Shown here piece after piece: positions 59,065 through 64,000 of a DNA stretch of 64,000 nt. The translations under genes and the position numbers were made by a program. Below the pieces are notes generated by a model. The model made no database searches. It was not told the DNA's origin and saw only the letters and a program-made list of their open reading frames with translations. Source of the stretch: Patescibacteria group bacterium. GTDB lineage: Bacteria > Patescibacteriota > Minisyncoccia > UBA6257 > JACRHW01. How positions within the stretch are numbered: position 1 is the first letter of the stretch; each line of letters opens with the position of its first letter. The stretch spans positions 143,143 through 207,142 of the forward strand of contig JAGWJP010000001.1 in assembly GCA_028865725.1 (NCBI GenBank). Direction: 5' to 3'.

Positions 59065-59296
59065 TTTTATCACCAGCGACTTCTACGTAGCCGCTTTTTT
59101 GCTCGCTAGCAAATATAAGCTTGTCGGCATAAACAAAACTGACATTCGTCGGTTTCGTTTTGTTTTTGTTGATCAGCCGGGACGGGTCCAATTCGTGGAA
59201 GGATATTTTTTAGGTTATACCGACGTGAATGTTAAAGAATTCGTCTCAGCGATTAAGGAACTCAAATCGCTGATGTATAACGACGCGATCAGTTGA
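59030..59296 (+). CDS. Hypothetical small protein (about 88 aa), overlapping the previous ORF by 35 nt.
   Basis: Internal ATG of listed ORF 58955..59296. Translation: MNMKNQPDNSSNFITSDFYVAAFLLASKYKLVGINKTDIRRFRFVFVD.... Confidence 0.4.
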   Translation: MNMKNQPDNSSNFITSDFYVAAFLLASKYKLVGINKTDIRRFRFVFVDQPGRVQFVEGYFLGYTDVNVKEFVSAIKELKSLMYNDAIS

Positions 59297-59315
59297 AAAT
59301 AACTGAATATGAAAT

Positions 59316-60089
59316 ATGGAAAATCTGCCATTCGAAATAGATAACAATGATTACGTAAAGCTTCCCCGAAGCATCAAGACCGCCCTTGTGGACGGCTATT
59401 TGAGTTTTGAGGAATACTCGGTCCTTGTCTGGCTGTGGATCAATGCCAATCCCCGGATCGGCAAAGCCCATGTAAGCTACGCCGGCCTTTCCAAAGACTT
59501 CAAGGAAAAATACTCCAAGAATCACATCAACCGGCTGATGTTAAACCTAAAGTTCAAGAAGTGGATATGGTTTCCAGTACAGCAAGGTCGCAGAAGTTCG
59601 TTCCATGTTGATATCGCCAATTATCCTTTATCTAACGGTGGTTTTGTTGAGCTTGAGAAGCGTATCAAACAGAAGTCCGGCAGAAGTGAAAGTGATACTG
59701 GTACACAATTACCAACAGAAGTGTCGACAGAAGTCAGCGACGTTCGGCAGAAGTTGGAAAGCGACAAAAATGCTTTGGTAGATAGGTTTTCGTTCGGTTC
59801 AGAAAGTTCGCTCGGCAGAAGTTCCAAAAACGACAACGAGAATGAAAATAAAAACAACCGATCGAATCGTGGTCGACCCGTAAGAGAATTTACCCCCAAG
59901 TCTTACGAGGAACAGAAATGCTGGGAGATAGCTCAAAAGTTGGGAGAAAAAGACATGACCTTCATCCTCTCAGCTCTCAAAAAATACGGACTGACAAGAA
60001 TTGAGGAAGCTTACCGGTCAGTCATGGATCAACCGAGCGAGAAAATCCGAAGCCGAGGTGCGTATTTTAATCGTCTACTAAATTTGTAA
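59316..60089 (+). CDS. Putative replication initiation or replisome-organiser-like protein. It has a wHTH N-terminus and a DnaD-like C-terminus. The call is tentative.
   Basis: The N-terminus LVDGYLSFEEYSVLVWLWINAN is HTH-like. A low-complexity acidic/Ser linker follows. The C-terminus CWEIAQKLGEKDMTFILSALKKYGLTRIEEAYRSV is helical. Confidence 0.35.
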   Translation: MENLPFEIDNNDYVKLPRSIKTALVDGYLSFEEYSVLVWLWINANPRIGKAHVSYAGLSKDFKEKYSKNHINRLMLNLKFKKWIWFPVQQGRRSSFHVDIANYPLSNGGFVELEKRIKQKSGRSESDTGTQLPTEVSTEVSDVRQKLESDKNALVDRFSFGSESSLGRSSKNDNENENKNNRSNRGRPVREFTPKSYEEQKCWEIAQKLGEKDMTFILSALKKYGLTRIEEAYRSVMDQPSEKIRSRGAYFNRLLNL

Positions 60090-60090
60090 C

Positions 60091-60588
60091 ATGCCCAAGC
60101 TCACATACCTAAGACCAAAACATAAACGAGCCATAGAAATGAAATGGCAGGGTTCTCAGTACAAAGAAATTGCCAACGAGTTTGGAGTCTCGATTGATAC
60201 GGTTAAGTTTTGGTTTAGAGCGAAAGGTTTTTTGAGAGAAGCCTATAGTAAATACAGAGGCGAGCAAATTCTGAACAGGGATATTCAGGAAAAACAAGAA
60301 CGAATAAAAGCACTTACCGGCAATGGTTCGCATCAGGGCACAACGGACATCATAAATTCTTTGAGTCTTCCGATCCGTAAAATGTTCCAAAAGTTACCGG
60401 TGAAAGAAAAAGACGCTGTAATGGAACGATTCTATGAATTGAATCGGGAGTCCGAGGAGAGATTTAATAACTACACTAAACGGCACCAACTCACACCAAA
60501 TGACACCAAAAATGAGAAAGAAATAAATACACTTACACCCAATAAGCCCCCAAATAAGCCACCGAACCGTGCAAAACCATGCGAATAA
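60091..60588 (+). CDS. HTH-domain protein (sigma-70 region-4 or terminase-small-subunit-like).
   Basis: KRAIEMKWQGSQYKEIANEFGVSIDTVKFWFRAKG. Confidence 0.45.
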   Translation: MPKLTYLRPKHKRAIEMKWQGSQYKEIANEFGVSIDTVKFWFRAKGFLREAYSKYRGEQILNRDIQEKQERIKALTGNGSHQGTTDIINSLSLPIRKMFQKLPVKEKDAVMERFYELNRESEERFNNYTKRHQLTPNDTKNEKEINTLTPNKPPNKPPNRAKPCE

Positions 60589-60761
60589 CTACACTTAAAT
60601 ACAACAAAATGCAGTTAATTACAGCGTTTGAGCAAAATAAATGGAGATAAATAGTGATAAATGGTGTTTTTTGGAGAAAAATCCGAGACTGTGGGCAACT
60701 CGAGCTTAGCTTGTCCACCAAAATAGCGTATGTTGTGTGTTGAGAAATCTCTGCGAAAAAT

Positions 60762-62357
60762 ATGATGAAAGGAATTATTTACACAAGAGTATCAAGCGAT
60801 GAACAGGTCAAAGGTACCTCGCTGGAACACCAAGAGGAACTTTGCCGGAAATACTGCAAAGACAAAGGCATCGAAGTCGATGTGGTTTTCCGTGAGGAAG
60901 GAGAAAGTGCAAAAGACCTGAGCTTGCAGAATCGCAAAAGGTTTCTGGAAGCTCTTGAGTTCTGTCGCAAGAACAAAGACAAGGTCCAGGCCTTTGTGGT
61001 TTTGCGCGTGGATAGATTTGCCCGTAATGCCGATGACCATTTTGCTATTAGAAAAATCCTAGCGACGTATGGCACAACACTGCATTCAGTCACCGAACCG
61101 ATCGGAAATGAGCCGGTAGCTAAGCTTTTGGAAACATTCCTTGCCGGTATTGCTGAATTTGATAACGCCATCAGAAAACAAAGATGCAGTGATGGAATGC
61201 TTGCCAGAATCAACCAAGGTATCTATCCATGGAAACCGCCGATCGGTTATAAATGCGTTAACTTCAAAAAGCACGGCGAGAAAAAGACCCACGCCGATCC
61301 GCCCCACGAGCAGATATTCCCGATTATCCAAAGAGGACTGAAAGAATTCGCTCAGGGTCTGCACTCGCAAAGCGAGCTGATGAGAAAACTGGACGAATGG
61401 GGTCTTAAGGATTTGACCGGAAAGAAAAGCACGCCCCAGCTTGTAAGCCGATTAGTGACCAACTACCTAAAGTTTTATGCCGGCATAATTACCAATCCGT
61501 GGACAGGCAAAGATGTTGAGGGCCAGCATATTCCGATGATTACCAAAGACGAGATGTATCAAATCAAAATGATCCTGACCGGTAAAAAGAGATTGGTGGC
61601 TAAATACAACATCTTCAATCCAGACTTTCCGCTTAGACGAACCGTAACCTGCGCTGTTTGCGGACGACCGCTGACCGGAAGCGCGCCTCGAGGCGGAATG
61701 GGAGGACGATATAACTATTACCACTGCGGAAATAAGAACTGCCGGGTATTTGGTAAAAGCACACCCAAGCTGGAATTGGAAAAGATGTTTTTTGAATATT
61801 TAGAGAGAGTTACTCCCAAACAAGCGTTCCTCGATATTTTCAAGGAAAGCGTGATTGATATTTGGAAAGAAAAAGGCCAGAGGTTTGAAATGGAAGCCGA
61901 GAAGTGGAAAAAGAAGCTGGAAACGCTTGAGGCAAAGAAAAAACGCATCTACGAAATGCGAGAGGACGGTTCATATACCAAAGAGGAGTTTGTGGAACGG
62001 AAAGATGAAATTGAGAACGAGATATCAACCACCAGAATATTATCCAACGAAGCCCGAATCGAGCAGTTCGATATTGAAGGATCAGTCATTTATGCGACCA
62101 AGTTCATAAGCAACCTCGGCCGACAATGGTTCGACCTTGTGCCACACTTACAGCCCAAGTTCCAGAAACTAGTCTTCCCAGAAGGAATACCGTTTGAATG
62201 GAAAAAAGGATTTGGAACTGCCAAATTAGCAGTCATTTACGAGATGAATCGGGAATTCTCGACTGAAAATTCCGCTTTGGTGGACCTAGCGAGAATCGAA
62301 CTCGCGTCTCTACAATGCGAATGTAGCGTCTTGCCACTGGACCATAGGCCCAAATGA
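60762..62357 (+). CDS. Large serine recombinase (phage-integrase type).
   Basis: The resolvase catalytic domain IIYTRVSSDEQ carries the catalytic Ser. A recombinase domain and zinc ribbon CAVCGRPLTGS...YYHCGNKNC follow. The last 25 codons are antisense to tRNA-Ala. Confidence 0.85.
   Translation: MMKGIIYTRVSSDEQVKGTSLEHQEELCRKYCKDKGIEVDVVFREEGESAKDLSLQNRKRFLEALEFCRKNKDKVQAFVVLRVDRFARNADDHFAIRKILATYGTTLHSVTEPIGNEPVAKLLETFLAGIAEFDNAIRKQRCSDGMLARINQGIYPWKPPIGYKCVNFKKHGEKKTHADPPHEQIFPIIQRGLKEFAQGLHSQSELMRKLDEWGLKDLTGKKSTPQLVSRLVTNYLKFYAGIITNPWTGKDVEGQHIPMITKDEMYQIKMILTGKKRLVAKYNIFNPDFPLRRTVTCAVCGRPLTGSAPRGGMGGRYNYYHCGNKNCRVFGKSTPKLELEKMFFEYLERVTPKQAFLDIFKESVIDIWKEKGQRFEMEAEKWKKKLETLEAKKKRIYEMREDGSYTKEEFVERKDEIENEISTTRILSNEARIEQFDIEGSVIYATKFISNLGRQWFDLVPHLQPKFQKLVFPEGIPFEWKKGFGTAKLAVIYEMNREFSTENSALVDLARIELASLQCECSVLPLDHRPK
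62278..62351 (-). tRNA. tRNA-Ala (CGC) with G3:U70 and encoded CCA.
   Basis: On the minus strand: gggccta/taggtcc acceptor with the G3-U70 wobble, which is the Ala identity element; anticodon arm ctaca-uuCGCau-tgtag; T-arm gcgag-ttcgatt-ctcgc; discriminator A; CCA. Confidence 0.8.
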
Positions 62358-62684
62358 ATGGATTTGTGAAAATATGAATGAAGAACAAGGTGCGCATGCG
62401 ATGCAGTACCGCGTTACTGCGGACCGCACATATAATTTTATTTGTAGCACAGAATTTTTTTCTTATCTAGTATTTTCTTGTCAGGCTTGTCACGTTTTAT
62501 ACACGACACTTCAATTCACAGATATCCACATCGTTTCTATTTTATTCGCTTGTTTCCTGTGCTATAGTGATTGCAAGACAGTATCTCTTGTTTGAGAGGG
62601 ACACTAAAGGTCGTAATGTGTATTATGTGTATCCCTGCTTTTCTGTGATATGTCGTACATCACATAAAAGAATTTCCAGGGCTT

Positions 62685-63401
62685 TTGTTTATCATTTTAT
62701 TTTTAATTTACAATCATATGACGGTTCAAGCATGGCTTGATATTTTGTTTCAGTCTCTTACTGAGCTAGGGAGGAGTACCGCAGCCTTTATTCCTGCGCT
62801 TGTCGGTGCGCTTCTTACTCTTTTGGTGGGGTGGATTGTAGCTGCAGGGCTTTCTACATTAGTGGAGAAAGTCGTCGACCTCTTAAAGGTTGACATGTTG
62901 CTCAAGAAAACAGGTTTTGAGGCGGGTGTAGAGCGTGCCGGAATGAAATTGAATTCCGGACACTTTTTGGGAAGGCTAGTCTATTGGTTTATTATGATCG
63001 GATTCCTTATCGCGGTTTCCGATATCTTGGGCCTCCCTCAATTCTCGATGTTTTTAACTGAGGTGATGGGATACCTCCCCAGCGTATTTGCAGCAGCTGT
63101 TATTTTACTCGCAGGCGTATGGGCCGCTAATCTTGTAAAAACACTAGTGGGAGGGTCTGCAAAAGGAGCTGCACTCGCAGGTGCTGAGTTGGTGGGTACG
63201 ATCGCGTGGTGGGCAGTCTTTATATTTGGATTGTTCGCGGCGCTTGTGCAATTGCAAGTTGCAGAGACGATTGTACAGATTGTGGTGACAGGACTTGTTG
63301 CGATGTTTGCGATTGCAGGAGGATTGTCGTTCGGGCTTGGCGGCAAGGCATATGCAGAACACTTAATCGAAAAGTTTCGCAGGATCGTAGAATCTCGATA
63401 A
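62685..63401 (+). CDS. Membrane protein with MscS-N-terminal-type conserved TM-helix repeats.
   Basis: Repeated LVGWIVA..LS.LVEKVVDLLKVD-like segments. The start is ambiguous, either TTG 62685 or ATG 62718. Confidence 0.5.
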   Translation: MFIILFLIYNHMTVQAWLDILFQSLTELGRSTAAFIPALVGALLTLLVGWIVAAGLSTLVEKVVDLLKVDMLLKKTGFEAGVERAGMKLNSGHFLGRLVYWFIMIGFLIAVSDILGLPQFSMFLTEVMGYLPSVFAAAVILLAGVWAANLVKTLVGGSAKGAALAGAELVGTIAWWAVFIFGLFAALVQLQVAETIVQIVVTGLVAMFAIAGGLSFGLGGKAYAEHLIEKFRRIVESR

Positions 63402-63425
63402 GACCGTTTGTTACGAAAAAGCAAA

Positions 63426-63455
63426 CAAACCCGCCTGAAAAGGCGGGTTTGTTGG
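63426..63455 (+). terminator. Hairpin terminator.
   Basis: CAAACCCGCCtgaaaaGGCGGGTTTGttgg. Confidence 0.5.
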
Positions 63456-63471
63456 TGTTCAGCGGAAAAGC

Positions 63472-63553
63472 TTGACTAATTCATATTTTTGTGTAGTATA
63501 TATCACGAAGGCTCGCAAGAGTCTTTTGAAAAAAGAAAAGGAGGATCTGAATT
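63472..63553 (+). promoter_or_regulatory. Promoter (TTGACT, 16-nt spacer, TAGTAT), leader hairpin and RBS for lemA. It is a near-duplicate of the element at 48267.
   Basis: ttgact at 63472-63477; tagtat at 63494-63499; hairpin AAGGCTCgcaaGAGTCTT at 63508-63528; RBS aaaggagg. Confidence 0.5.
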
Positions 63554-64000
63554 ATGAGAATGGTTGGCATGGTACTGGGGGGTCTCGTTTTATTTTTCTT
63601 GTTTATTACTTTTGTCGTCGTTTCGTATGGTATCTCCAAACACAACGAGATTGTGCGATTGGACAACGCCGTTGCAAAGCGCGCGGGGTACGTGAATAGC
63701 GCGCTTCAGCGTCGCTATGATTTGATCCCGAATCTCGTGGCTACTGTGAAGGCGTATGCTGCGCACGAACGTGGCACGTTTGAAGCGGTGGCTAAGGCTC
63801 GCGCTGCGGTTGGCCAGTTTACGGTGACGCCGCAGATGCTGGCGAACCCTGAGATGCTGAAGAAGTTTCAGGCAGCTCAAGGAGAGTTGTCTTCGGCACT
63901 CAGTCGTTTGATGGTGGTTTCGGAGCGTTATCCGGATTTGAAGGCGAATCAGAATTTCTTGGAGCTCCAGGCACAGCTTGAGGGAACCGAGAACCGCATC
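63554..64000 (+). CDS. lemA: LemA-family protein, 3'-partial.
   Basis: N-terminal TM followed by ...LQRRYDLIPNLVATVKAYAAHERGTFEAV...YPDLKANQNFLELQAQLEGTENRI. It is absent from the ORF track because it runs off the window. Confidence 0.8.
   Translation, partial: MRMVGMVLGGLVLFFLFITFVVVSYGISKHNEIVRLDNAVAKRAGYVNSALQRRYDLIPNLVATVKAYAAHERGTFEAVAKARAAVGQFTVTPQMLANPEMLKKFQAAQGELSSALSRLMVVSERYPDLKANQNFLELQAQLEGTENRI

Overview
This 64 kb window reads as a compact, reduced bacterial genome, probably Candidate Phyla Radiation/Patescibacteria-like. Evidence for that placement: about 45% GC, tightly packed genes, several short-form housekeeping proteins (PheT 675 aa, DnaE 1059 aa, SMC about 704 aa, ThrRS 585 aa), a 23S-rRNA-IVS four-helix-bundle gene inserted between gatC and gatA, large surface repeat proteins, and an O-antigen-ligase/TPR membrane protein.

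The housekeeping backbone is gatC/gatA/gatB, pheS/pheT, gyrB, secE-nusG-rplK, tmk-like, miaA, thrS, dnaE, rnhB, rpmF, nusB, rnc, smc, rpsP, a KH protein, a Nramp (MntH-like) transporter and a dGTPase-like HD hydrolase. There are four tRNAs: Met(CAT), Asp(GTC), Ala(CGC), and a fourth CAT-anticodon tRNA-like gene with an aberrant D-arm.

The accessory content is as follows:
- An intact IS30-family insertion sequence (about 6774-7838) with about 12-bp terminal inverted repeats, sitting beside the tRNA-Met gene.
- A low-coding island of small genes (about 15.9-18.4 kb) that includes an orphan ribbon-helix-helix protein and several strong intrinsic terminators.
- A tandem pair of paralogous HD-motif proteins (47.2-49.3 kb). 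The second shares a nearly identical promoter plus 5' leader hairpin with a LemA gene 15 kb away.
- A minus-strand operon (57842 down to 50329), the most interesting block, which encodes:
  - an HTH protein, a beta-class amino-methyltransferase and a putative Type II restriction endonuclease;
  - a 959-aa fusion of an N-terminal PHP phosphoesterase, a long coiled coil and a split ABC/SMC-type ATPase;
  - a small PII/NIF3-insert-like protein;
  - a DUF2419-like protein, a HIT protein and an alpha/beta-hydrolase-Nudix fusion.
- The operon abuts a phage/plasmid-like module (58.0-60.6 kb: unknown proteins, a replication-organiser-like protein, an HTH protein). That module ends in a large serine recombinase (60762-62357) whose 3' end reads antisense through tRNA-Ala, consistent with an integrated element at that tRNA.

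The PHP-ABC ATPase next to the R-M module is the best candidate for an undescribed defence system. No rRNA or CRISPR array was found. All calls come from reading the sequence and motif recall; no database searches were run.
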